Shown: positions 19,711-30,630, counted from the first letter of the stretch. The stretch: DNA of 64,000 bases from an uncultured delta proteobacterium (GCA_963847445.1 CAWJZV010000048.1:162295-226294), one strand, 5' to 3'. Notes: generated by a model not told the origin, from the sequence alone. Made by a program: numbers and translations.

Positions 19711-21012
19711 TTAAATCAGTTTTAACCATCGGCGGATCTCATCGTCGCTCATGAAGTTTTTCGTCAGCCCCTCGCGAATTCGGCTATTGATCTCCAGGTC
19801 GAATGCAGTGAGTCCTGGATGGGCGTTGTACCAGACCTCGGTTGGCAGCTGATGCCGGCGAATATAATTCTTAAACTTCTGTTCATCCTTGGCGCCCTGC
19901 AAGATCAGCCAATTGGTCCGGGGATAACCGACGCCGTTACTGAAGACAAGATTCAGCCCCCAGCCGACTTTGTTGATGAAATCGTCCATGTAGCCTTCCA
20001 AGCTGCCGTCGTAATTGCTGGCGAAGAATAGACGGGTTTTGCCGTCGAGAAATACCCAACGGGCAAAGTGAATCGTACCGACACGGGTAAGATGGCCGCG
20101 GCGATAAAGATGGCGGGCGCCGTAGTCGAGTATCCAAACAAAGAAACTTACCGTCCAGCGGCGAAACAGACCGGGCTTGACGGCGCCGATGGCGCTAAAC
20201 TGATTGGTCACGTCGTGATCTTCCAGCCCGGCGAGCCGCCGTACATGATCTCGATCCGGCCTTGGGGCAATCTCCGGATCGGCGGTCTCGCGCCGCCGCA
20301 GCTGATAGGCAAAAACCGGCAGATAGAGAATCAACCACGGTGCGAGAAATATTAAAACAACAGGCACGCCCAAAAGATGCAGCAGATTACCGATTCGCCA
20401 GCCGATCGGGGTGGCCGCTGCGGGTGACAACGTCAGGCGCTGCGCCGCGATCTCGTCATCGACAAACGCGATCAGTTTCTGCCAAATTATTCGCGGCTCC
20501 TGGAGTGCGAAGTCGGCCGTTTGACCGGCAAGATAACTCACCAGGGCATGGTGCAGAGCGCTCTCTTCATGAATCTGCGCCACTGTGCGTCCGATCCAAT
20601 TGACGTACATCGCGGCAGGGCGCTGCGAGTGATCCTTCAGCCACTGCAACAGGTCATCCGTCGAGCCGAGCCCTTCGCAGTGGGAAAAGATCTGCCGCAA
20701 CCCCTTACCGGCGTGGCGCACCAAGGACTCGAGAAAATCATCACCATCGCCGTCGCAATCGCCGAGAAAGAGCAAGGAAGGCTGCAACGGCAGCGGCGCG
20801 ATACCATGCTGTCTGATATCTTCGCGAGTAGGATCGTCGAGAATCACCAACCGGGCAAAATGCAGTTGGCCAAACCGCGCAAAGGGCAGGATCGAGTTTA
20901 ACGGATCGACGACACCGGGACGTGAGTTCAGCGATTCTAATAGTTCACTCAATGCAGCTTGCCGGCCGGCAGCGATCGGCGCGACCACCATGAAATGGGA
21001 CTGAGGCGTCAC
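19711..21012 (-). CDS. Conserved hypothetical protein with a central two-TM hairpin and a duplicated HFAR(L/W)V motif
   Basis: Intact 433-aa ORF. Contains QLHFARLVILDD and TIHFARWVFLDG. The hydrophobic pair WRIGNLLHLLGVPVVLIFLAPWLILYLPVFAY sits mid-protein. I cannot name a family. Confidence 0.55.
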   Translation of the reverse strand: MTPQSHFMVVAPIAAGRQAALSELLESLNSRPGVVDPLNSILPFARFGQLHFARLVILDDPTREDIRQHGIAPLPLQPSLLFLGDCDGDGDDFLESLVRHAGKGLRQIFSHCEGLGSTDDLLQWLKDHSQRPAAMYVNWIGRTVAQIHEESALHHALVSYLAGQTADFALQEPRIIWQKLIAFVDDEIAAQRLTLSPAAATPIGWRIGNLLHLLGVPVVLIFLAPWLILYLPVFAYQLRRRETADPEIAPRPDRDHVRRLAGLEDHDVTNQFSAIGAVKPGLFRRWTVSFFVWILDYGARHLYRRGHLTRVGTIHFARWVFLDGKTRLFFASNYDGSLEGYMDDFINKVGWGLNLVFSNGVGYPRTNWLILQGAKDEQKFKNYIRRHQLPTEVWYNAHPGLTAFDLEINSRIREGLTKNFMSDDEIRRWLKLI

Positions 21013-21087
21013 AGCGATTCTCGATTACCCGCGCGGATTGCCCATGAATAGCAAAGAACGACAGAGAGACAGGGTTGCTCCGAGCAT

Positions 21088-21519
21088 TTAAAACTTGAGC
21101 GCGAAATCGATCAGCCGGGTCTTGTCCCAATAAACTTTTCCCAGGTAGAGTCCCGGTTCGATCTCGCGAATCTCGTCGCGGATCCACTGCGCGACGATCG
21201 AGGTATCCGAGTAATCGAGCACGATGCATTCTTTGCCGTCGAGCCAGCTCGGCCCCTTGTAGACTTTGGCGAGGATGGCGTTGAGACCGAAGGGCAGGAT
21301 TTTGTTCTTCAACACGCCCTTTTTGGCGTCGAAGACTTTGCCTTGCCAGGCGAAGTGACTGACGAAACTCGCAATATTCGAACTAAAACTCGTTCCGGGG
21401 GCGACAATCGCGGTGCCCTCGGCTTCGCCGTCGGGAATTTTGCCCACCGGACTGTTAGTGAAAAGCGTGTCGAGCTCAGCTTGCGACATGCTCAAAAGTT
21501 TAGCGACATCGTACGCCAT
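21088..21519 (-). CDS. Small protein, possibly GXWXG/DUF4334-like
   Basis: GGAGGA RBS before MAYDVAKLL. FAWQGKVFDAKKG and IVLDYS...IRDEIREIEPGLYLGKVYW resemble the DUF4334 layout; this assignment is from memory only. Confidence 0.45.
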   Translation of the reverse strand: MAYDVAKLLSMSQAELDTLFTNSPVGKIPDGEAEGTAIVAPGTSFSSNIASFVSHFAWQGKVFDAKKGVLKNKILPFGLNAILAKVYKGPSWLDGKECIVLDYSDTSIVAQWIRDEIREIEPGLYLGKVYWDKTRLIDFALKF

Positions 21520-21748
21520 GATGGTCTCCTCCATTGCACCAGTCGAGATCCGCGTTTGCAAAGCCGTGCAACCGCGCACCGCCGAAGGGTAAATTTACTT
21601 GGACGAAATGAGTTTCACACAACCCCACTGGATTCGTCAAGATTTTTTTGCCGCAGCGCGATTTTTAGAATTCATACACGAGGGCGACTAGCGCGCGTCG
21701 ATTGCGCAATCCGAGCGGATTTGGCAAAGTCCCGACAAGAAAAATCCG

Positions 21749-21958
21749 ATGAGCACAAAAACCGCGATTCTCTCCATCGGCAATCTCACCGCCGAAAATC
21801 TCCCGACCCTGCGCGCAGCGTTCCAAGCCGTGCCCGGCGTCGCCAAGATCGACTTCAGCTTGGAGCGCAGCGTCGCCGTACTCGAATTCGACCCTGCCCT
21901 GGCGCATATCGACGACTTCTTGCGCGCCGTGCTCAAGGCAGGATTTCAGGTGCTGTAG
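21749..21958 (+). CDS. HMA-like (ferredoxin-fold) small protein lacking the CxxC metal site
   Basis: 69 aa with a beta-alpha-beta-beta-alpha-beta-like pattern (AILSIGNLTAENLPTLRAAFQAVPGVAKIDFSLERSVAVLEFD). GNLTAEN occupies the position where GMTCxxC would be. Confidence 0.4.
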   Translation: MSTKTAILSIGNLTAENLPTLRAAFQAVPGVAKIDFSLERSVAVLEFDPALAHIDDFLRAVLKAGFQVL

Positions 21959-22219
21959 CGAATTGAACGTAGCCGAGGATGGCGGATCGATGATCGAGGA
22001 TGACATTTCGCCGATTCGCGATCTTCCATCTTCCATGTTCGACCGAGTCGCGATCGACGCGTGCAACCCACTCTCGTGGATCGGCCTAACGATTTCACCG
22101 AACCTATTGGTGCGGACGTTTCGCGTGCTTCGGCGGGGACAACGTGTGGCGGGAAACCTACCCACGATAATATGCGCCTTAGGGAGCAGAGTGGTAATAA
22201 TTATACGGCGTTTTTCGTA

Positions 22220-22450
22220 TTACAGACTTCGTCTTCGCCAGTAACCAGGACGACGGCGTCCATGTGCTACGGCCACGACTTGGATCGTTGCTTCGGTAAT
22301 TTCGATAAATCACAGCGTAGGGAAATCGGCGAAGAAGATATTTTCTTGTGTCGTGCGAATGCTGCGGCCAGCGCGCCGGACCGTTGCGGATGCTCAGGGT
22401 ATCGCCGGCTGAGATCGTCAATGCGAGCAGCCGAAATAAGTTCGACCTCG
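22220..22450 (-). pseudogene. ParE/RelE-family toxin remnant (frameshifted, no antitoxin seen)
   Basis: After one frame change it reads RKYLLRRFPYAVIYR / ITEATIQVVAVAHGRRRPGYWRRRSL-stop. The N-terminal part is poorly recoverable. Confidence 0.45.
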
Positions 22451-22561
22451 TGTTCTATTGTAAAGACCGCCAAGCAAATCGGCGTGACGATTCCGCCGAA
22501 TGTGCTGACAAGAGCGGAAAGGCTAATCAGAAAAGGCAAAATGAACAGAGGAAAGCGATGA
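22439..22561 (+). pseudogene. 3' remnant of a PF04392-type ABC substrate-binding protein gene (array copy 0)
   Basis: KFDLVF / VKTAKQIGVTIPPNVLTRAERLIR matches the conserved C-terminus of the five downstream paralogs. Confidence 0.7.
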
Positions 22562-23550
22562 AGAGAAGAATCGGTTTCGGGTTACTGACAGCTGCCTTGC
22601 TGACTACTCCGATACTGACCGAGGCGCAGCAATCCGTCAAAACTCGCACGGATAGGGTTCCTCAGTAACGCCTCTCCCGCGGCGATCTCGGCACGCACGG
22701 AGGCATTTCGGCAGGGGCTGCGCGAGCTTGGATACGTGGACGGAAAAAACATTGTCATTGAGTACCGATATGCAGAGGGGAGTGTCCGAACGTCTCGCCG
22801 CATTCGCGGCCGAACTTGTGCGTCTCAACGTGGAAGTCATCGTCACTACCGGCGCGACGGTAACCCGCGCCGCCAAGGAAGCAACTGCTATGACTTCCAT
22901 TGTGATGGCGCAGGATATCGATCCTGTTAACAACGGATTTGTCGCTAGCCTGGCGCGGCCGGGCGGTAACATCACTGGACTGTCAACGCTTCACCCGGAG
23001 ATTAGCGGTAAACGACTGGAGCTGTTAAAAGAGATCGTTCCTCGGCTGTCGCGTCTAGCCGTCCTCGGCACCTCAACGGTCCCAGGCAACGCACAATCGC
23101 TTAAAGAAACCGAACTCGTCGCGGCGGCGTTCAAGGTGAAGGTTCAATACCTAGACGTGCTAGGTCGTCGCTGATATTGAGCGTGCATTCCGGGAGGCGA
23201 GCAAGGGGCGTGCTGACGCGATCCTGGTGTTTACCGGTCCTGTGTTCAACTCTCGTCGAGCACAAATTGCGGACTTCGCGGTAAAGAGTCGTCTGCCAGT
23301 CACATATCCACAGGACGAGTACGTGGAAGACGGGGGGCTTATGAGCTACGGCGTGAGTTTCACTGATTTGTTTCGCCGCGCTGCTACGTATGTCGACAAG
23401 ATTTTGAAAGGCAGAAAGCCCACCGACCTACCGGTGGAGCAGCCGATCAAGTTCGAGTTCATCGTCAATCTGAAAGCTGCCAAGCAAATCGGCCTGACGA
23501 TTCCGCCGAATGTCTTGGTGCGGGCGGATAGAGGTGATTCGGTGAGGTAA
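22558..23550 (+). CDS. ABC transporter substrate-binding protein, PF04392 (ABC_sub_bind) type, array copy 1; several frameshifts
   Basis: Signal peptide MKRRIGFGLLTAALLTTPILTEAQQ. Then [111 protein letters not shown]. Confidence 0.75.
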
Positions 23551-23608
23551 ATATAAATAACATCGGTCTGCAGTCAGTTGTCAGTAAAAAACATCGAATA
23601 CTATATCC

Positions 23609-24594
23609 ATGACTGAAATTATTCTCTTCTTGCTACTAGCGAATGATCTTTTTGACTACGTGCCCTCCACGTTTCCGCGCAGCTACCAACGAAAATCCCT
23701 CGGATTGGATATCTATCTGCTGCATCCGCCTACGACTAACTCGGTCCGCATTGTATCATTTCGGCAGGGCCTTCGTGACTTGGTTACGTGAGGGGAAAAA
23801 CATTATCATTGAACTGCGTTTTGCCGAGGGAAAATTCGATCGTGTCCCCGCGCTAGCGACTGAACTAGTGCATCTCAAAGTAGACATCATCGTCTCGACT
23901 GCTTCGACAGTAACCCGTGACACGAAGGCAGTAACTTCAACGATTCCCATTGTTATGACAAATGATAACGATCCAGTTGCTAACGGGTTCGTCGCCAGCC
24001 TGGCGCGTCCTGGTGGAAACATAACTGGATTATCGACCTTGTCTCCAGAATTTAGCGGAAAACGACTAGAACTTTTGAAGGAAATCGTTCTAAAACTCTC
24101 ACATGTGCGATCCTCGCATCTTCGACCGAACCGGCAACGCAGCAAATGTTAAAAGAGCTGGAACTCGCCGCAGCTGCGTTCGAAGGTAAAGCTGCAATAC
24201 CTAGACGTACTAAATCCCAAGGATTTTGAGCCCGCTTTTCGAGCCGCAACAAGGGGCGGGCTGAAGCTGTCCTTATGCTGTCGAGTCGAAATGATGAATT
24301 CTCAGCGAACACAGATTGTAGAACTTGCGGTAAAGAGCCGGCTCCCAGCGATTTATCGAAAGAGCTGAATTTGTCGAAGCCGGCGGGCTCATGACCTACG
24401 GCGCGAACTTTTCCGATTTGTACCGGCGCGCCGCTACGTATGTCGACAAGATTCATGAAAGGCGCAAAGCCTGCTGATCTTCCAGTCGAGCAACCGATCA
24501 AGTTTGAGTTCATCATCAATCTCAAAGCTGCGAAGCAGATCGGCCTGACGATTCCGCGAATGTGTTGGTGAGAGCGGATCGGGTGATTCGGTAA
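23609..24594 (+). CDS. PF04392-type binding protein, array copy 2; many frameshifts
   Basis: Shows the same motif series as copy 1 ([90 protein letters not shown]-stop), recovered across three frames. Confidence 0.65.
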
Positions 24595-24789
24595 TGACAT
24601 AGAGATATAAAAGCGAAAGAGTTAGATTGAAATCGTTGTCATTTCGAAACCAAAAAGGGAGAAATCAAATGTTTAAATAGCTAATCCACTCGCATTCGTC
24701 AATGACGATATAGCAATCTCGCACAAAAAAAAAGAACACCGCAAAGGGCATGGAGCAAAGCGCCAAGCACAAGAAACCGGAGAAAACTC

Positions 24790-25776
24790 ATGAATAAAAC
24801 GAGTCATTGGCCTAGCGCTTTGCGCTTTGCTCTTCGCGCTTAGCGTCTCCACACAGGCGCAGCCGCCGAAAACATTCCGCGCATCGGCTTCCTGGCTGCC
24901 GGCTCCGCGGGCGTCGGTGACCAGCCGCATCGAGGCGTTTCGCGCTGGTCTGCGCGAGTTGGGTTACGTTGAAGGTAAGAACCTTGTCATCGAGGAGCGC
25001 TATGGCGATGCCAAGATCGAGCGCGTCCCTGAGTTGGCGGCGGAACTCGTGCCGCTTGAAAGTCGATGTGATCGTCACGGGAGGTTCACAAGCGACTGGA
25101 CCGGCGAAGAAAGCCACTTCAACCATTCCCATCGTCATGGCGCAGGACAACGACCCGGTCGGCTCCGGTTTCGTCGCGAGCCTGGCCCAGCCCGGCGGCA
25201 ATATCACCGGCTTGGCCAATCTCAACTCCGAGCTAAGCGGTAAACAACTTGAGGTCTTGAAAGAAAGCTTTCCTAAACTCAGTCGCGTGGCGATTTTGAG
25301 CGACATGTCGGAGCCCGGCAGCCAACAGCCGGTGAAGGAAACCGAGCGCGCCGCCAAAGCGCTTGGAGTCGAGCCCCACTATTTGGACATACGCGCGCTC
25401 AAGGACTTCGATGGTGCGCTGATTTCGGCACGCGCCAAAAAACGTCGACGCGCTGCTGGTGCTACCGAGCGCGCTGTTCAATGCCCATCGCAAACAACTG
25501 GTCGAGCTGGCGGCAAAGCTTAAGCTCCCGGCGATGTATCCCAGAGCAGATTACGTCGACGACGGCGGCCTGATGACTTACGGGATCGATGTCAACGACC
25601 TATCGCGCCGCGCCGCGATCTTTGTCGACAAAATCTTAAAAGGCGCTAAACCGGCCGTTATCCCAGTAGAGCAACCTGAGAAGTTCGACCTTATCGTCAA
25701 CTTGAAAACCGCCAAGCAGCTCGGCGTCACCATACCTCCTAACGTATTGGTGCGAGCGAGTCGGGTGATTCGATGA
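24790..25776 (+). CDS. PF04392-type binding protein, array copy 3; several frameshifts
   Basis: Shows the same motif series. About 60 bp upstream is nearly identical to the upstream region of copy 4 (GGAGCAAAGCGCCAAG..CCGGAGAAAACTCATGAA). Confidence 0.7.
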
Positions 25777-25831
25777 AACACTGCAAAGCGGATGGAGCAA
25801 AGCGCCAAGGGTAAGACGCCGGAGAAAACTC

Positions 25832-26825
25832 ATGAAGCGAAAACTCATTGGCCAAGGGCTCTGCGCTTTGCTCTTCGCCCTTAGCGTTTCCACACAGGCG
25901 CAGCAGCCGAAGAAGGTCCCGCGCATCGGCTATCTGTCGCCGTTTGATCCGGCTACTGAATCAACCCGTGCACAGGGAATCCGCATGTCTCTGCGCGAGC
26001 ATGGTTACATTCAGGGGCAGAACATCACCATCGATTACCGCTGTGCAGAGGGAAGACTCGAGTGGTTTCCTGAGCTTGCTGCCGAGCTAGTGCGTCTCAG
26101 GGTTGATGTCATCGTGACCGCCGGAGGAGAACTGTTGACCCGAGCGGCCAAGAACGCGACCCAAACGGTTCCCATCGTCATGGCGGGTCAAGGGATAGAT
26201 CCTGTCGAAGCTGAACTAATTGAAAGTCTGGCCCGTCCCGGCGGCAACGTCACCGGCATGACAAACCTCCAGGGAGAACTAGGTGGGAAACGGCTGGAGC
26301 TGCTCAAAGAAGCCGTTCCCAAACTCGCTCGCGTCGCGATTCTGCGCGATCCCGCCGGTCCGGGCACGACCCGCGAGATGAAAGAGTTTCTCCTACCTGC
26401 GGCGCGTGAACTTAGGTTGACTATTAAACCTTGGGAGGTACGAGACGCGGACGGATTCGAAAAGGTCTTTGCAGCACTGAGCAAGGAGCGCCCGGATGGA
26501 CTTTACGTACCCAGTAGCCCACTGATAAGCGCTCATGGAAAACGGATCGCGAGCTTTGCCTTAAAGGTCCGTTTGCCTTCGGTGCTACCAAATTAAAGAG
26601 CATGTAGATGCCGGTGGGCTCATGTCCTACGGCGCCGACCTCACCGACAGCTACCGCCGCGTCGCCTATTACGTGGACAGAATCCTCAAAGGAGGTAAAC
26701 CTGCTGACCTGCCCGTCGAGCAGCCGATGAAGTTTGAGTTGGCGTTCAATCTCAAGACCGCCAAGCAAATCGGCCTGACGATTCCGCAGTCGTTGCTGTA
26801 TCGGGCGGATACGGTGATACGCTGA
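25832..26825 (+). CDS. PF04392-type binding protein, array copy 4; single frameshift near 26590
   Basis: ORF 25832..26596 (254 aa, signal peptide, [29 protein letters not shown]) continues in ORF 26622..26825 (GGLMSYG...[19 protein letters not shown]). Confidence 0.8.
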
Positions 26826-26857
26826 CAGTCATCAGGAAAAGAAGATTAGGAGCAACA

Positions 26858-27295
26858 ATGAAGACTGCAAAATCTATTTCGTGGTTACTGGCAACTATCC
26901 TGCTAACAACGGCGCCATCCTCCCAGGCGCAACAGCCAGCGAAGATCCCGCGCATAGGATTCCAACTCGATTCGCCTGCTGCAGCTGCTTGCGGCTCGCA
27001 TCGAAGGATTCCGCCAAGGTCTGCGCGATCTGGATATGTTGAAGGCAAAAATATCATCATCGAGCTGCGCTCTTCTGAAGGTAAAGTCGAGCGCCGTAGT
27101 GAGATTGCCGCCGAACTGCGTGCGTCTCAAAGTCGATCATGATCGTATCGGCTGGATCGACGATCACTCGCGTCGTGAAAGAAGCAACTACGACAATTCC
27201 AATCGTTATGGCACAAGATTCCGATCCGGTCGGAAGTGGCTTTGTCGCTAGCCTGCGCGCATGTGCTGGTAAGGGCGGATCGGGTGATCAGGTAA
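26858..27295 (+). pseudogene. PF04392-type binding protein, array copy 5, with an internal deletion of about 550 bp
   Basis: The N-terminal third (signal peptide, [42 protein letters not shown]) joins directly to the C-terminal [11 protein letters not shown]-stop. Confidence 0.7.
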
Positions 27296-27510
27296 GGGGT
27301 GGAGGTAAGGAGTAAGGCGACTCTGAGGGAATGGCAGATTCTTAGCGTTTACTGAGGACCGCCGGTTGGAGGTGAAACGAAATTGTTCGAACTGAACTGA
27401 TTTAGTTGGAGGTGAAAAAAAGGTGTCCGAACTGAACTCTAGCAACCGCTCCGACAAATCCGGTCTGTCATTTTGCATTTTGCACTTTTCATTCTGCAAT
27501 CTGCATTGGA
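27296..27510. repeat. Composite low-complexity repeat tract
   Basis: GGTAAGG-type units. GTTGGAGGTGAAA...CGAACTGAACT occurs twice. A run of five TTGCA/CTGCA units follows (CATTTTGCATTTTGCACTTTTCATTCTGCAATCTGCA). Confidence 0.6.
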
Positions 27511-27515
27511 TCCTA

Positions 27516-28871
27516 TCATTCCCCCGCCACCGTCATCTTGGCGAGCTTCACCGTCGGCGCGGCGATGCGGCCGCGCATTTCGAGGTCGTTGCCGACCATT
27601 TCGATGTTGTGCAACATTTCTTTGAGATTGCCGGCGACGGTGATTTCCTCTACTGGATAGGCGAGCTCGCCGTTTTCGATCCACATGCCGGCGGCGCCGC
27701 GGGAGTAGTCGCCGGTGATCATGTTGACGCCGGAGCCGATCATTTCGGTGACATACAAACCTGATTTGATCGAACCGATGATCTGCTCGGGCGTCTGCGT
27801 GCCGGGCGTGAGGTAAAAATTCGCCGGCGATACGCCGGGGGGCTCGCCGACCGAGCGCGAGGCGTTGCCGGTGGACGCCATGCCCAGCTTCTTGCCGCTG
27901 TAGGTGTCGAGCAGGTAACTCTTGCAGCTCGCCCTTTTCGACGACGATTTTCTTTTTGATCGGCAACCCTTCGGCATCGAAGGGGCGCGAGCCGTGGCCG
28001 CCGACGATGGTGCCGTCGTCGATCACGGTCAATAAATCCGAGCCGATCTTTTCACCGAGCTTGCCGACCAGGAACGACGCGCCTTTATACAGCGCGTAGC
28101 CGGACAGCGCCGAGGCCAAGCTGCGCAACAGCGACGCCGCCATTTCCGGATCGAACACCACCGGCACCTCGCAGGTCTTCACCTTGCGCCCGCCGAGCCG
28201 GCGCAGCACGCGCTGGGCGGCTCTTTCACCGACATGTTGCGACGATTCTAAATCGGCGAACTTTCGCGTCGAGGAATACCAGTAGTCGCGCTGCATCGAA
28301 CCATCTTGCTTCGCCACCGGCGACACCGAATGGCCGAAGGTCGAGCCGGCATATTCGCCGGCAAAGCCGTGACTGCTGACATAGACAACCCGGCCGAAAT
28401 GATTGGAAAACTCGGCGCCCTCGGAGTTGGTGATGCGCGCGTCGAACGAGAGCGCGGCTTTCTCGGTGTCCAAGGCGATCTGAATCTTGTCGTCGACGGC
28501 GATGTTGCGCGCGCCGCTATCGATCAGATCGAGATCGGGAATCTCCCGCGCCAACATCTCCGCGCCGGCAGGCCGCCGCTGGGATCCTGGGCGGTGGCGC
28601 GGGCCATCTGCACCGTGTCGTCGACCAGCTTTTCAATCGATTTCTTCGAGATATCCGAAGTCGACGCCGACGCCGAGCTGTTGCCGAGAAACAAGCGCAG
28701 CCCAAGCCGCTTCTCACCGGCCTGGCTGATCTTCTCGACCTCGCCCATGCGCACGGTGACGAAGAACGAGTCGCCCTCGACCATCACGACATCGCCGGAG
28801 GACGCGCCCTTCTTCTTGGCAATGTCGAGTAACTCGCGGCCGAGATCTTGGTTTAGTTCGCAGCGATCCAT
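27516..28871 (-). CDS. pmbA: PmbA/TldE metalloprotease subunit; frame broken near 27950 and near 28540
   Basis: GGGAGA RBS before MDRCELNQ. The C-terminus carries [42 protein letters not shown]. Three ORFs tile one protein. Confidence 0.85.
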
Positions 28872-28890
28872 GAAGTCTCCCAATTAGCTC

Positions 28891-29038
28891 GTTCAAATCG
28901 TTCAAGCCGTTCAAGTCGTTCAAGCCCCCGCTTTCTTCGAAGCGGAACCGGGTGAGTTTCCTCCCCCGCGTCGCGGGGGAGGAGCAAGGAGGGGGTTTGA
29001 ACGGAGCGTAGCGATTGAACGGCTTGAACGTTTTGAAC
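28891..29038. repeat. Hairpin repeat, GTTCAA nonamer family, with a nested GC hairpin
   Basis: Left arm GTTCAAATC GTTCAAGCC GTTCAAGTC GTTCAAGCC. The right arm contains inverted TTGAAC units. Inner stem CCTCCCCCGC/GCGGGGGAGG at 28960..28982. Confidence 0.85.
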
Positions 29039-29040
29039 TC

Positions 29041-30499
29041 TTACGCTCTTGTCCCCCCGACTGTTAATCCATCGATCTTGATCGTCGGCATGCCGACGCC
29101 GACGGGCACCGACTGACCGTCCTTGCCGCAGGTGCCGACGCCTTCGTCGAGCTTCAAGTCGGCGCCGACCATCGACACCCGGGTCAACACGTCGGGGCCG
29201 TTGCCGATCAGAGTCGCGCCTTTCACCGGCTTGGTGACCTTGCCGTCTTCGATCAAGTAAGCCTCGCTGGCGGAGAAAACGAATTTGCCGCTGGTGATAT
29301 CGACCTGGCCGCCGCCGAAGGAAACCGCGTAGAGGCCTTTCTTCACCGAACTTCAAAATATCTTCCGGCGCCGACTCGCCGGCGAGCATGAAGGTATTGG
29401 TCATGCGCGGCATGGGAATATGCGCGTAGCTTTCGCGCCGGCCGTTGCCGGTGAGCGCCATCTTCATCAAGCCGGCGTTGAGCTTGTCCTGCAAATAGCC
29501 CTTGAGGATGCCCTTCTCGATCAGCGTGGTTCGGCTCGTCGGCGTGCCTTCGTCATCGACGTTGATCGAACCGCGGCGCGACGGGATGGTGCCGTCGTCG
29601 ACCACGGTGCAAAGCTCGGAGGCGACCTTTTCGCCGATGCGGTCGCTGAACGCCGAGGTCTTCTTGCGGTTAAAGTCGCCTTCGAGGCCATGGCCGATGG
29701 CTTCGTGCAGCAGTATTCCCGGCCAGCCCGGGCCGAGCACCACGTCCATGGTTCCCGCCGGCGCGTCTTCGGCGCTCAGGTTCAACACCGCCTGGCGCAC
29801 CGCTTCGCGGGCGTAGCGCTCATAATCGCGGCCGTCGACAAAGAAGCCGAACTCCACCCGCCCGCCGCCGCCGAAGCTGCCGACCTGGCGGTTGCCGTTT
29901 TCTTCGACGATGCAGGTGACGTTGAGGCGCGTCAGCGGCTGGATATCGCCGACCACCATGCCCTGCGACGACGCGACGAGGATCACTTTGTACTCGGCGC
30001 CGATGGAGGCGAAACACGTTTTTCACCCGCGGGTCGAGGGCGCGGGTAAACTTATCGATCTCGTAAAGCAGCGCAACTTTCCTGTCCAGCGGAACGTCGT
30101 TGACCGGCGTCTTGATCGCGTAGAGATCATGGGCCGCGCCGGGCTGCTGGCCCACTCTGCGCCGGCACTTGCGCCGGCCGGTTCTGGGCAATGTATTGCG
30201 CCGTGCGGGCGGCGATCTTCGAGATTCTCGATGGTGATGTCGTCGGTGTAGGCGTAACCGGTCTTGGTTTCCGCCAGCACGCGCACGCCGACGCCGTTGG
30301 ACGTCGACTGGGAACAGTTCTTGACCATCCCCTCTTCCAGACTGATGCCTTCGTTGCGCCGGTATTCGAAAAACAGGTCGGCGTAGTCGGCTTTCTTGCC
30401 CATGGCCGCGTCGAGGACCTTTTCCAAGTCGTGGTTGCGGATGCCGAAGTTTCGATCGAAGAAGAATTGGGCTGGAACCGGTGCGTCTGCCATGGCCAT
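29041..30499 (-). CDS. tldD: TldD metalloprotease; about 3 frameshifts (near 29340, 30000 and 30180)
   Basis: N-terminus [12 protein letters not shown]...[30 protein letters not shown] zinc motif. C-terminus [28 protein letters not shown]. Confidence 0.85.
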
Positions 30500-30630
30500 T
30501 TCACCTCGCTTATAACTTCACAAGATAGAGGATTTACAGCCAAAAACCAGCGTCTTGCAGTCTAATAATCTGTTGATCGCAGTGACGCCGTTGGGCTAGT
30601 ATTTGCGCATCAAATCATAGGTAGAGGACC

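Noticed and set aside
21963-22561. ORFs 21963..22244 and 22061..22561 as real proteins.
   Set aside because: They have no family features. They run across the ParE remnant and the binding-protein stub in wrong frames.
28891-29038. Tandem-unit arrays as CRISPR arrays.
   Set aside because: The units are only 8-9 nt and directly abutting, with no spacers. The arrays are mirrored as inverted arms, and no cas genes are present in the window.
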